Below are positions 21,416 to 34,790 of a stretch of DNA of 49,227 nt, in pieces. The position numbers and the translations under genes are program-made. Source of the DNA: Bispira polyomma (Eukaryota). The notes beneath the pieces were generated by a model. It made no database searches, was not told where the DNA came from, and saw only the letters and a program-made list of their open reading frames with translations. How positions within the stretch are numbered: position 1 is the first letter of the stretch; each line of letters opens with the position of its first letter. The stretch covers positions 79,112,001-79,161,227 of the forward strand of contig OZ287750.1 in the NCBI GenBank assembly GCA_965649765.1, in the 5' to 3' direction.

Positions 21416-23589
21416 TTACGTGCTTAGGTTATGTGCATGCACGTACGATATGGCAAAGCCACAAACAAAATTAATTTTTATACTAGATCTAGCGCTACGG
21501 TCAGTGGGACCTAGGCATTTCAGTGATTTCGGGTTTGTCCACAACGATTACTAAACATAATGTAAAACTATGAGTTTCAAGGACATAGAGGCAGAAAGTA
21601 TTTTAATAATATGCAAGCAAAAGTCAGAGTCCAGGTAACTTTTTGACACATTCTTCACACGAAACTTAAATTAATTTGGTCAAGAGAATGTTTGGAATTT
21701 ATTAGCTGGGAGATTTGCAACAAAGCAAACAATTCACTGCAAACGTGTGGATGAGTTATTTAGACTAGGGAGAGTTAATATCATCCTCTATTTTAAAAAT
21801 GGAGTTTATGAGATGTAATGCAGAACAACTGATATGTGAGTTTAAAGTACCACTTCAACTGCACGAACGTCACTGGTATACATATTCTTAACTAGTTTTA
21901 AAATAAAATAACACATAAACTCTACTTTTAAAAAAGGGTTTTAAAGCTGTTTGGTTATTTTGTGGAAAGAGATCTAATGTTTTTTAAATGCAGTTTGTTG
22001 ATTGATGTTTATATTTGCATTACCAGATCAGTTCTCATGAATAGCTTATTTCAATTATATTAAAAGGATTGCCAAAAAAAAATTACACTGAATAATGAAA
22101 AGTATAAAGGTTTATGAGTGAAATATCAGATGGACTTGACTGTGTCATTTAATTAACAAGGTTTATACCTGGGAAAACACAGAGGGTGCAAACCAGTCGT
22201 GAGCAATAATCCATGATTTCCACACATGATAAATTATTAATGCCATTCTCACACTTGTCATATTCCCAAGTGTTTTTTTAGTTATATTTAACATAAAAGA
22301 GGCATGCTGAAGTTATTGACATTTTTCTACAACAATACCGTCACTGCCTCAAATAATGCCCTGCTGATTTATCATTATATACATATAGGTGTTTTTCCAA
22401 AGAGGCATATATTTTTTCTAGGATTATTGCTACTAATTACTATATAGTGTGAAATACCCAGAATCATTCACTGGTGTGTGCCTTTACTGCCGTTGTGTAG
22501 GAACAAAATAATCAATACTCCAAATCTTTCGAATCACTATTTTTCACCAGGGCGGTAATGAAGGGTTTTACGGTAATAACCAATTTTTGCAGCTGCTACC
22601 AAGACACATAATTTCTGCTTTGATTTCTAGCTATTTTATGTGGTTTTGCTTAAAACAACGTCTCCTTCATTTGATGCAGTGTGTCGCAGGAATAAATGCT
22701 CTGCAGTTGACAGCACTCTGCAGTGTTGCCTCTTGTTGTTTATTGATCTATCATCAGTTACATTTAACTACAGTTAAGATTTTTGGTTTAGTTATCTGAC
22801 AAGAGATATAGAACTTACATGAAGTGGTGTTGTATGTACTTATGTGTGTATATAAATATATAAAGACAAAAAAATACTGACAAAAATATAAAAGGGAATC
22901 TGACACATGCCTATAATGTGTATATGTTATTGAGTGTGCTGTAATAGACATGTATATGGGAATTCTCTGTGGTTTTTGGATAGAGTTCTGAACATCATTA
23001 GAAAACCCAAGAGAATATTTGATTTTGAATTGGAATAATGGCATCCAAAGCTGGGTAAGTTTTTGACTTATTCTTTCTTTATTGTAAAGAATTGTAGTAG
23101 ATAATGTGACTTATTTATACCTTTCACCACAACAAAAAACATGTTGGTATTTGATATTACATGTACAATTTGCTGCTTCTAAATTCTTGATCACTGAACA
23201 CAGGGTCTAATAAGTGTATTTGGTTTAGTTTGTTAAGATATGTTTTTGAAATACAAGAATTGTTGAAGTGATATGACTAAAAATTAGTTATTTCTGTTCA
23301 CCTCAATTTCTTTATTTTACAAAAAACCCATGTTTGTGCTATGTAGGCTAAGTTTTTATTTGGTCCTCTTAATATTGTTCTCAAGAGACACTATAAAATC
23401 GTTTACATATGATCTTTTTATTATTTACTATAGTCCTCCACTGTTTCACTTACAAATGTGGATTATCTTGTTAGAATAACAAGCCATATAACCATATATA
23501 TAATGAATACTACACATGAGACCTATTGGACTAGTGCCAGTGTAATATAGACCACTTGTTTACATGGATTGACATGGAATTATATATCA

Positions 23590-23850
23590 TGGACATTTGT
23601 TTTGTGGGAGGTGAGGGTGAAGGTAGCACATTCACCAGCCACCTCTACATTTGAGGGGGGTTCGAATGTCGGCTCTGGTGTGGTATGTGGGAAAAATTGG
23701 CAGTAGACATGCTGAAGGTTGGTGGTGGTTTGTGCAGCAAATAACTATTTCGTCAACTACCCTGTTCTGATTTTTCAACCTTTATTGAAACTCTCTGTCA
23801 TGATATAACACAAACACGTTGGCAACGACGGTAAACACAAAATAAACCTT
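23590..23850 (+). mobile_element. Old SINE (GTGGGAAA...GGTTGGTGGT...CATGATATAAC family)
   Basis: B-box-like GGTTCGAAT at ~23659, with shared core and tail motifs with 45075-45275. Confidence 0.5.
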
Positions 23851-24155
23851 ATTTATAAAATCTGTTTTTTTCCCCTCTTAACCTTAATGCCTTGTGTAAG
23901 TATATACTAATAACAATTTTATAGAGACAGGTAAATTGTGGGTTCTTAAGAGTTATCTCTATATGGTTAATTTGAAATGGTTGACTGATTTATTGTACTG
24001 CAATAAACTTAATCAATTCATCGATTAATTTCTTTTTATAAATGTTACAAACCGATTTCGAGTAAAAAGTGTCATCAAATCTACAACCAACACAGAGGGA
24101 CAGGACAGCCAATACTATTGTTCGCAAATATTTAGGTAATTTCAACGTCATCCCA

Positions 24156-24642
24156 TTCCAATATATATTACATGGTAGAAAGTCCAATCTGGTAGAATTT
24201 GAAATTCTACCGGTAGAAACTCCAATTGGACTTTCTACAAAGACAAACTCCAATTCTGTTTGTTATAAGAAAAAAAATCGAATTGTATTGTACATTACTG
24301 ACCTAATACTCTTTTTTATGATAAATAAGATAACTTTGTCAAAGTCTCTTATATTTTTTTGACAAATGTGTCAGTAATCAGAATAAAAATACTGGGAATC
24401 TTGTTGTTTTCCACAGCATTAACATGAGAAGATAGTTGATGCAATTGTTGCCAAAATATACTCGGTAAAACTATGTAATACAAAACAAATATGCAAGCAT
24501 CATTAATTAGTCAAGGTACCTTTTAGTATATAGCGATGTACTGCATTTTATTAAACAATAAAACATAAATCACAGGTTGTGATTTCTTTTTATTTCTTCA
24601 AATTCTACCAGATTGGACTTTCTACCATAACATATATATGGA
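24156..24642. mobile_element. Unclassified MITE with ~45-bp TIRs
   Basis: ATGGTAGAAAGTCCAATCTGGTAGAATTTGAA (24172-24203) is inverted at ~24597-24628. Flanks are TA-rich. Confidence 0.7.
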
Positions 24643-24729
24643 ACAGACTTTTTAGCAGATTGATAGCATAGAGCAACAGTCTTTTATTCGTGGCTCAATA
24701 ACTGCAATGTTGGTGAAATAACTGCTATT

Positions 24730-24880
24730 TTTATACCCAGATCCGATACTATGTTTTACTGGATTCTTCCTTGGTCCATGTCCCATCACTCCACCAAATT
24801 AAATAGGAATCAGTTCTTGATCTCAAAACAAACAAGCAAACAACCAGATGAAACCATGTCCTTCTTTTTCAGGGGTAAAT
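24730..24880 (-). mobile_element. Short HINE/Helitron-type non-autonomous fragment
   Basis: GGATTCTTCCTTGGTCCATG...CCACCAAATT...AAACAAAC repeats...GATGAAACCAT...GGTAAA, a layout typical of such elements (recognised from memory, unverified). Confidence 0.4.
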
Positions 24881-25762
24881 ACTACTATGTTTGAATACGT
24901 CTTTGTTTGCTCTAGAATACCTATATTAGGACGTTGTGGCATAAACAAATACCATAGTGTGGATGAAACTAACTGCTCTTTTCACATCTTTTCTGTCAAA
25001 TGCAGATCTTACAAATAATTTTTTGCATGGAAATGTAGGTTCTATTTAATCCTGTTATTTAGGAATTAGCAATAAGTTTAGTAAAATAATTAAAGAATGA
25101 CCCCCACTGTAGGGTACATTAATAAACTTTCAATTGAAAATAACTGACGACCGGACTTAGTTTGACGACAGATACAAGTGTCATTTCAGAATCTATTTGT
25201 GTAAAACTAAGTGGCTATCAAATGATCAGTTTTCTGGCTGTAATTACACACCTGTTAGCTGATATTTTACATTGATCTTTTGCCCCTTGTCAAGCAAAGA
25301 AAATATTTGTGTTTACAAAGTGTAGATATTCACTTGACACATATACATACATGTATGCAATATGTAAGCTTGTCAGCTTTTGATAAATTTGGTCATGTAA
25401 TATTAAACATGTTTTTTGTCATAAAACAGTGAACATTTGTATTGAAAAAAACTCATTTGTTAGAGACACAAAATTCACATATGTCAATACAAATCATCAG
25501 TCCATTTAAGTAGAAAACGGATGCAAGTGGGAAAATGTAATTTTAGACACGAAAAAAACCATCTGTTTTCTGTAAACCCATTGAAGGGAAATTAACCAAA
25601 TTTTTTATTAGAATATACAAAATTATTATATTTTTATCACTACATTTTTATAACAGTAATAATATACATTGAAACTGTGTGGTATCGAAATATAGTATAG
25701 TCTATTGAATAGACTTTGAATGAAACCAGCATTTTACTTGTCAGTATAATTAAATACTATTG

Positions 25763-25926
25763 NNNNNNNNNNNNNNNNNNNNNNNNNNNNNNNNNNNNNN
25801 NNNNNNNNNNNNNNNNNNNNNNNNNNNNNNNNNNNNNNNNNNNNNNNNNNNNNNNNNNNNNNNNNNNNNNNNNNNNNNNNNNNNNNNNNNNNNNNNNNNN
25901 NNNNNNNNNNNNNNNNNNNNNNNNNN
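25763..25926. other. Assembly gap (164 N)
   Basis: Run of N. Confidence 1.
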
Positions 25927-25929
25927 TAA

Positions 25930-27080
25930 ATACTTAGCTATTAATCATTGTGGGGTACTGTACAAGTGGACAGGTTCCGGAGAAGTAAAGTTTAGCTGTA
26001 TCAGCTCAATGCCTTCCATTTCCTAAGTATTGTATTGACATAAACCTTGTTTTGGATTCTGATAAAACTGTAGCCTCGCCCTTGAGCATGGTTTACTATT
26101 GGACAGACTTAGACAGTAATGTGGATTAAAGAACAATGTCCATGATTGGATTATATCCTGTCTGACTATCACAACCCAAAATTTAAACTGTAAGATCACA
26201 GCTCTTTCTCTATCGGCCTACCTTTAGGATGAATTACTCCAAAATAAAATTAGATCTAGACAGAACTAAATTACTTCTCATTGGTAGCAAAAAGACAGCA
26301 ACTAGTACTTAAAACCATTATTCCCCATTGCAGTGCTGGGGAAAGATATACAACCATCTTTTAACGTCCATAATTTTGGTCTTACTATATACTCTGCTTT
26401 CTAATTTGATACACACATCAGCAACATGGTTGCTCCTGTTACTATTACATTTGTGATATCAAAAGAACCAAAAATCGCTTGTCACTGGATTTTGCTATTA
26501 CTGTAGCTAATTCTCTTTTAAAGAGTCCCCTTGACTACTGCAATTCCTCTCTATTTGAGGTGAGAAAGTTGCACATTAATATGTTACAGTCCATTCAAAA
26601 CTATCTAAATTATCTGTAATTTTTCGTTTGGGCATGCATACTGATGTCTCTTTGTACATCCATCTATTGGCTTCCCATTCATTATCAAATTATGTTTAAA
26701 ATCTATGCCATGATTTTCACAACTGTTATCTCTCAACAGCCCCCTACCTTACTCCTCGTCTGTTCTTTAGTAACCTCAAAAGACTTTCTGTTGCCTGTAA
26801 TAAACCCACCAAGAAGGCTGAATCTAGAGTTTTCTCAATCGCTGCCCCAATTTTTTGGAATAGCCTCCCAGTTTAAGTTAGATCACTAGAAACACTTTCT
26901 GGGTTTAGAAGGAAACTTAAAACATATTTCTTTGAATTAGCTTACCCCTTTGACCCGATACCCCCCCCCCCCCAACATCCTTCATTATGACCTAGCTATG
27001 TTTTTTAGACTACTCGATTGGTTGTTGCACTTTAGAAGATACCTTAGATCAGTAAGGTACATTAAAATCGAAAATACAAT
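25930..27080 (+). mobile_element. CR1/L2-clade LINE 3' fragment with 3' UTR
   Basis: Frameshifted motifs RTKLLLIG, PLDYCNSSL, YWLPIHYQIMFKI and FWNSLPV..LSGFRRKLKTYFFELAY. The 3' tail is shared with 36788-37020. Confidence 0.85.
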
Positions 27081-28539
27081 ACTTGTACAGTTTGTGATAA
27101 ACTATTCTAAAAGTTTCAATATAAACGGTCTTTACACAAACAACAGTTGTATGTCTGATCACAACACAGCTCATGAACTTCTCATTTGACTTAATGTTTC
27201 AAGCCTAAAAAAAGAAGGTAGGAGGTGGAGAGTGGTGTTCATAAATGACTTCATAAAGGCAGTGATATTTACTTTGTGGGCTGAAAAGAAAGACAGATGC
27301 TTACCTCGTAGTTTTGTGTAATGATAGATCTGCTATGACAGGTTATAAATGACCAAACCCACCCAGCAGAAAAGCATAAATAATGACACACTGAAATGAC
27401 TTATGACCAACCCCTACAGGAAAGTCTTTACAAATCACAGGGTTTATTTTTACATTACACAAGACATAACAAATTCTATTCACTGTATAAAAATTGATCT
27501 TCCAGTATATATATACAACACTTCTTGATATATCTATTCATGGCTATGCTTATAGAATTATTTTGTATAGCAAATTTATACCCTGATTATGTAGTTATCA
27601 ATTTTGGTGCCATTTAGTTTATTGACATGTATAGAATCACAATAAGAACGAAAATGATGGGTGTGGGATGGGTGTGGTTACAAACATGTACATCTATAAA
27701 AAATTCAACTCTACCTGCTACAGTTTAACAGTATTTTTATCTCTAGTAATATTTTATCAATTTATTAAGAACATATGAAGTTAACATTGCCAACTTACAG
27801 CAAGATTTAAGAGACTTAATTATAGTTTAATAAATGTAGAGGGAGTATTTAATCATGGAGATTATAGGGCTACCATAGTTTCCCAGATCAACACTGATTG
27901 AAACAAGTAAATACTATTCTTGTTGTCTATTCAGGTACAATTCCTTGCCTTTGTCACTTGAACAGAAATTAATATCTGTAATCAATCACACTGTAATCCA
28001 TAATATTATACAGGTATGGAGCAAAATACTAAATGTTTTGAGATCTGTTATTAACTCCTGGGTAGAAAAAAAGATGGATTCAAGTCAATTTATTTATTAC
28101 AGTGAGATGTGCACAAAACTAAAACAACATAAAATAGATGTAAAACATATACAATACATCCAGACCACCAGAGAGCTTATAAGTGACTTTAAACCCATAC
28201 AATCAATGATGTGTGAGGTGATATCGAATTTTAGATTGGCCTGTTATAGGATAATGTCATTATTTACTTTTTAGAATACATTTCAGCTTTCTTATATTCA
28301 ACGTTTTTTATAATAAAATTATATTGAGGGTTTAAAGTAAATTTTATAATTTTCATGATTTGTTTTTCTTTTGAAGTTAAACTTAAATAATTTCTTTCCT
28401 TCCATGAGGTGTATGTAGCTATAATTAGTATTGTATTCAGATTTATACTTATCTAGTATTCAAAGAGCTCGGGCACCTGTATTTTGAGTGCCCAAGTACA
28501 GCTACTTAGGACCAGTAGATATCATGCCCCTTAACTGAA

Positions 28540-28730
28540 GATAGAGGGTTGAGGATGACCATTTATCCATGTTTTTAAGGTTCATTTATCCCCAATGTGC
28601 TTAAAGACCCAATCACAAAGACCCAATCACAGAGGACAGCTATATTAAGTGGCCATCCAAAACACCGTCTATCTGCCTATAGTTGGTCACTCACAGTCTA
28701 TGATCGAAACCAGGTCCCACGTTCTTCCAG
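28540..28730 (-). mobile_element. Old SINE family 2 remnant (others at ~35515-35660, ~43370-43600 and ~45435-45535)
   Basis: Shared motif TGAGG(A/G)T(G/A)ACCATT(T/C)ATC...(G/T)TCTTTAG...ACAGAGGAC. Reversed B box GGGATCAAACCC at ~35632. Confidence 0.5.
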
Positions 28731-28809
28731 AGCAAGTATGTTATACCTAGGTGTCATGCACACAGATGGCCCTTTTGTATACACCACAAATATCTTTGTA
28801 TCTTTGTAT

Positions 28810-29497
28810 CGATGCCTCCATTAGGAGCACTTTGGAACTCTTTGTTGATATCTGTTATAATCAGTCACGCCGTCATCAAAGTTTTGAAATATTCAGAATT
28901 TTCTTGGATGAATGCTTGTTCATGAGGATTTTTATTGAGGGGAGGGGACCTTTTGATTCATTTGTCGTCAGTGTCAGGTTGTTTTGGCTCGTTTCGCATT
29001 AGTGTCAATTAGTAGTCATTAGTGACCTTTCAATGCTATTAGTGAGGTTTTTTTGTTTTTTTTTGAATTCGGATATTTAACGTCCACTCTAGTACCTCTT
29101 TAGGTTATATTGGGACGGGTAGTTGGAAACGCTGGGGGAAACACTGCATACAGTTTATCAAGGCTCTGCACTGAAACCAGCGGCCCAAAGTAAGGAACTA
29201 CCACCTTTCCCACATAGGCATTGACGGGATTCAAACTCATGCCGCCCCAAGGTGAGAGGCCAGTGATTGTGAAGCGAATTGCTTGCTAACCACTAGGCCA
29301 TCGCGGCCCCTGGTTTTTATTGAGGAGAGGGGACGTTTAGATTCATTTCTCGTCCGTGTCAGGTTGTTTTGGCTCATTTCACATTAGTGTCAATTAGTAG
29401 TCATTAGTGACCTTTCATTGCTATTAGTGAGGTATTATTGGGTATTCGTTATTGTTCATTATGTCTTTGTTTCTCATTAGTGGGTGTTAGTGGCTGT
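28810..29497 (+). repeat. Unclassified interspersed repeat (CATTAGTG-rich), interrupted by a SINE; inverted partner at 32160-32450
   Basis: CATTAGGAGCACTTTGGAACTCTTTGTTGA and GGGTATTCGTTATTGTTC.TTATGTCTT...CTCATTAGTGGGTGTTAG match the reverse complement of 32160-32450. Confidence 0.75.
29049..29310 (-). mobile_element. Young tRNA-derived SINE, copy 2
   Basis: High similarity to the other four copies. Flanked by a ~120-bp direct repeat. Confidence 0.9.
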
Positions 29498-30296
29498 ACA
29501 TGTCACTTTTAGGATAGATCCATCACAGTTTCTCTCAACTTCATGGCAATGGGACTAGGGGTAATTTTTGGAGGGTGAGGGGCTTGATCTATTTGCCGAC
29601 GCAAAGCCAGGAATACTGACAAACGTCCATCTGAATGAGACCGAGCCTTTACCCACTAGGCCACAGTTGGCACATAAAAAGCACAGCTACTGTATGTTTT
29701 CACCTTCGACTTGATTGTTAAATAAGACTAGGTGTATGTCAATAAGGAGTGTGTCATTGATTCCTGTGTCAGGCTTAACTCTCCATGAGAGTAGCAAATA
29801 AACAGTCCATTATGGACTGGAGGTCATTGCTAATGTGGGGGGAGAAAGATTTATGTACTGTATGGGGTAACACTGTGCCCAGTGAGAGATATTTGTTTAT
29901 GGATATCTACTACTGGAATGCAATTCACAGAGTAGTTTTATTAATGGGACGAATATAGTTCAAAGCATATACATTATATATGGTTTATAGCAAAATATTC
30001 TAAATGACTTAGGTGATATTTTACAATCTACATTGTAAATTATACTCAGTAGGCCCATACATTAAGCCTTATGTTACACCCTTTATAATGTCAACATACT
30101 CAGTATTGCCACATATGACACAAACATTTCTGAAAGATTATTATTTTGATTAATTTTGTAAGCTAAGATACCCAAATTAGCAGGAACTTAAAAAGCTAAA
30201 TACAGAAAAGGCATATCAATTATTTGTTTCTATTTCGTCAGTTAAAGTTTTGTAATATAATCATACAGAATTATAACATAAACCCTTATTACACTT

Positions 30297-30543
30297 GAAT
30301 TTGGATATTTAATGTCCACTCTAGTACCTGTTTAGGTTATATTGGGATGGGTAGTTGGAAACGCTGGAGGAAACACTGCATACAGTTTATCAAGGTTCTG
30401 CACTGAAACCGGCGGCCCACAGTAAGGAATTACTACCTTTCCAACATAGGCATCAACGGGAGTCGAACTCACGCCGCCCAGAGGTGAGAGACCAGTGATT
30501 GTGAAGCGCAATGCTTGCTAACCACTAGGCCACCGGGGCCCCC
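30297..30543 (-). mobile_element. Young tRNA-derived SINE, copy 3, with a 10-bp TSD
   Basis: TSD TATTACACTT at 30287-30296 and 30545-30554. Confidence 0.92.
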
Positions 30544-31431
30544 ATATTACACTTACATTCATTACAGTTATACATGTCACTGACAGAGCAAGAAAATAGG
30601 CCAGTTACAGTGTTAAGTTGTTTGCACTGATTGTTGATAATATATATATATAAATATATATAACATGACAACCAGTGCACAGTAATTTGTTTTAAAATAG
30701 ACATCATGCACATAAAACACCCCCGGTAGGTTTAAATCACTTGTGGGTGTAATGGCTATTGTAGTCACTTTCCTTGAACTAGAAAGTTAGAAAGGATAAA
30801 ACTGCATTGAAATCACTTCTTATTCATAAACCACAGGCATTTTTTTCCATTCATTTGATATTGCCTTTTTGAAAAAAAAGAATGATTTTCATGTTACGGT
30901 CACCGTATATAAATAAAATAACCACAACAGTAGGATATGTACTATGAAATTATAATTATAGTTTGGTTTATCAAACTGATATTTATTTTACATATCTACT
31001 ATCTGTGTCTCAATATTCACTAAAAGTAGTAGAAGTCCTGGTATATACAAGTACAGTGATGAGCCTTTCTTGTGTTACACATAAGATAGATAAATATAAA
31101 ACTGAACAGGATGTCCAAGTATACCTATACAAAACAAGTAAAATATGCACCATTTCAAGTAAAAGGTTTTTTTTCCATATATAATAGAATTCTACCAACA
31201 AGGAATGCTGTCCTTTATATTACCAAACCACCTTCACCTACACACAAGATAGTATATTTGTATGGACAACTTGTAAAAAAAGTCCCCCAAATGTATGTCA
31301 GGGCCTCTTCTTGTTAAGAAAACCTCCATGCTAATATAGTTGCACTGTAGCCGGAACAAAGGCTCTGTTTTGCTCATTGAATTACCTCACAGAATTACCT
31401 CTTACAAAGGCCGATTTCTAGCATTTAAGGA

Positions 31432-31608
31432 TTTTTTTTTATTAAGCGCAGCCTCATATTATATTCATTTTGAAAAGGATGTTGCCTTCTGAGAAAATAT
31501 AAAAGGTTTTCTTGTATTGGTTGGAAGAACTTGTCCCGGCAGTACATAGTGGCCATATCAAGGTTAGTGTATTTCACACTGTGTCTTTTAAAAAAGACAA
31601 CTCTTGTT
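31432..31608 (+). mobile_element. Short HINE-like element related to 43825-44235
   Basis: T-run plus ATTAAGCGCAGCCTCATA start, and GTCTTTTAAAAAAGAAC-like stem-loop plus CTTGTT end. Confidence 0.55.
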
Positions 31609-32159
31609 GTTATTCCCGAAAGATAACCTGTCTATCAAGTTTGTCTTCCTTATCTTTTTGCAAAATATTATATGAAGCTGATGTGATAGCTCCAAAATCA
31701 GGCGATGGCATCTTCATTTGGAAGCTTGATTTGGCATTTTTGACAGTTGCTTTTTGGTCATTTTCAAGATCCAAACAATTAACAAGCTAAATACTTCTTT
31801 ATATATTCATAAAGCAACCATATTAAAGAGGTTATCCGTTCCTAGGATCAACTTGATGCATGTGCAGAAAGTTCATTAATCAGAATCAAAAATAGGGAGC
31901 ATATTGTAATGGTAAAATGTCATAGCAATCAACAAATCAAATCAAGGTCATCAGGTAGTTGCTGGTGCTCTTATGGGTCAGGGGTGGATTACTTAAGGCC
32001 TGGCCTTATTCAGACTTACATCCGTGAGCATATGTTGCAACAGGATTGTGGCTTTTCGTCCATGTATAGATCACCTCATCGTCCCCTAACCCCCCCCCCC
32101 CCCCCCCAAAAAAAAAAAATCTACCAAGCCGCATTGCCATGAGGCGTGCTCGAAACAAA

Positions 32160-32450
32160 ACCTCAACTAACACCCACTAATGAGAAATGAAGACATAACG
32201 AACAATAACGAATACCCACTTATCGCAACGAAACGTCACTAAGTACTACTAATTGACACTAATGCAAAACGGGCCAACACAGCCTACTACTGACGAGAAA
32301 TGTTCCGAAACTAATCCAACGTATATACCCCTTCGCCACTTTCCCCACCCCCAACACACACAAAAACCCTTACGAACAAGTATTTGTCTGGTGCGACTAC
32401 TGCTTACAGATGTCAACAAAGAGTTCTGAAGTGCTCCTAATGTAGACAAA
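32160..32450 (-). repeat. Inverted copy of the 28810-29497 repeat
   Basis: Reverse-complement match as described for 28810-29497. Confidence 0.75.
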
Positions 32451-32724
32451 TCTAAAACAAACTTAGAACGTACAGTCACTGACCCATACAAACACGTCTG
32501 TGGTGTGTTCATACTGGTCATTCATGTATATGAAACATCGTACATTAGTACAAATAAAATTTTCACAGGACAAGTTTCTGAGAAATGATTTTTTTATGGT
32601 TCAGTTTGAAACTAAGGGTTGACCAAATGCATATAACACAAAATAAAATTTCCTCACATAATTTTGTTTTGTTTTAATTCTTCCTCATAAATTCTGTGTC
32701 TCATGGAATTTAAATATTATGGTG

Positions 32725-33180
32725 CTCATATTGTGATGACCAGATTTATTGGATGGGGAAACCAGTTGTATTTGTACTGGAAACCACGAACCTACAGCAA
32801 GTACCTGACACACTTTCAAGGTCTTTTTGAAAGTCGAAAACCCCACTGTCCTTAGATGTGAGAGGCTAGTGATATATTAAAGAAGACCATTACAAGCACT
32901 ATTTTGAATTTGAATTGGGATATTTAACTTTCACTCTAGTACTGGTTATATTGGGACGGTAGTTGGAAACGCTGGAGGAAACACTGCATACAGTTGATCA
33001 AGGTTCTGCACTGAAACCAGCGGCCCACAGTAAGGAACTACCACTTTTCCCACATAGGCATTGATGGGAGTTGAACTCGCGCCGCCCAGAGGTGAGAGAC
33101 CAGTGATTGTGAAGCGCAATGCTTGCTAACCACTAGGCCACCACGGCCCATTCATTACAAGCACTAGGTCACTACACCCC
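32725..33180 (-). mobile_element. Old SINE interrupted by young SINE copy 4
   Basis: GATGACCAGATTTATTG...GGAAACCAC...ACAGCAAGTACCTGACA...GTGAGAGGCTAGTGAT...[insert]...CACTAGGTCAC. Confidence 0.65.
32902..33150 (-). mobile_element. Young tRNA-derived SINE, copy 4, with a 14-bp TSD
   Basis: TSD CATTACAAGCACTA at 32888-32901 and 33153-33166. Confidence 0.92.
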
Positions 33181-34639
33181 ATGGAATGTTCCAAGAGTAT
33201 TCGATAGTACATGTAGTAGATGATAGTAAAGGTATGTCTTCACATAGGACTCTAGTAGTGTTTGGGGTGGTGGCACAAAGAGCTTGTGATTAAACCAAGG
33301 TGTTCCCAGTTTTTGGATCATCCTCAGAGAATAGACTAGTAGCCTGCCTGAGGGCAAAGTGAAGTGCTTGATATAATTATACAACTAAACCCTTTGTACA
33401 GGAAAACCAGTACAAGTATACAGTGTCCACCAAAAGTTAGGTAACTGATTTTGATTATTATTTATATGCCTCCTATTTTTTGGTGTGAGGAGAAAACCTT
33501 TAAGAAAGGTTTCCTAAATTATTAGAATTCACTGCCAAGGTCATAATCTATAAATAAAATTTAACAAGCCTTTAAAAATGACAAAAAGGTTAATCTCAAA
33601 TTCCAATGCCAGTTGGGTTTAACAGTGATTTTGAACACCCTTTTTGGCACTGTGTATTTATATATAAAAAGAGGTGTCTCAGTTATAATACAAAATATGT
33701 ATTATCTGCTTGTGATGTGTATTCAAATAGCCCTTAGGGCTGGGATTGTGGCCTGTCATCACTTCTGACCTTTGACTATCAGTGTAAGTGACTGGCTGTG
33801 TGGGTGTGTGTATGATTAGTGTGGTTGGGTGTATGTGTGTCATACACCTAGTGGGTGTAGTTTTGGCACCATTTTATATGACACCTTAGTATTGTATTTC
33901 AAAGTTAATCAGATATGGCTATCAACTTGGTTAGATTCTTTCATAGAGGGCCAAGTGAAGTGTCTTATGACTGGTAACACAGGTGTCCTAATAGACTCTC
34001 ATATGACACATGAAAATTACTGGAAAAAAATGAACGTAGAAATTAAGCAATGTAAGTGTCATATTCAATTTTCGAATCTACCATAATTGCTGAAAAATAA
34101 TCAACATAAACAAAATTAAAAGATGTTGTAAGGATATTTAGTAGTAAAATATAAAAACTATACATGTATATGAAGAAGCTGATAAAAGTCATATTGACTG
34201 CATTGGGGAGATAAAATAAAGTGTGACAATTGGGTATTGAGAATAGAAATATAATAGAAATAAAACTCTCTTAGTTATTAAAGCTTGTATCCCTTATTTA
34301 TCAATTTAGTTGCACTCTTTCCATAATAAGGTTTACACAGAAAACTCTTTGGTGTGTAATAAAAAGGCTTCTATCCTTGGCTGTTGAAAAGTTACATAAC
34401 ATTAAATCGTCTCTACCAAACCACAAGCATCAATGAGTACCAGATAAGATTGCGGAGGAAACTGGGTTTTAGATTTAATTTTTTGCTTCACATCGCTTTT
34501 AGCAACTGCAGTTTAAAGAAGGAGGAAAAAAGTACAGTGTAGTTAGTAATAGTTTTCTGCAGTGCTTACCACTGGCCTTCAGGAAGTCTTCTACCAACTT
34601 CCGGTGGTAAAATCATTGAACTTTCTTCCCTGGTAATAG

Positions 34640-34790
34640 TTGGGGGGGGGGGGGGTCAAATCCGGTTCAGTCATTTGTATGGCAGAGTTTGTCAGGTACT
34701 TGCCATAGGCTGTTTGTTTACAGTGCTTGAGCACTAGAATTACCTCCACCATTAAATTTGGCTGTTGAAAGGGACGTAAAATCCAACGTT
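34640..34790 (+). mobile_element. Old SINE 3' part
   Basis: TTTGTCAGGTACTTGCC...TTTACAGTGCTT.AGCACT...GCTGTTGAAAGGGACGTAAAA, shared with 45560-46030. Confidence 0.55.

Noticed and set aside
25716-26026. ORFs spanning the N-run
   Set aside because: Artefacts of the assembly gap.
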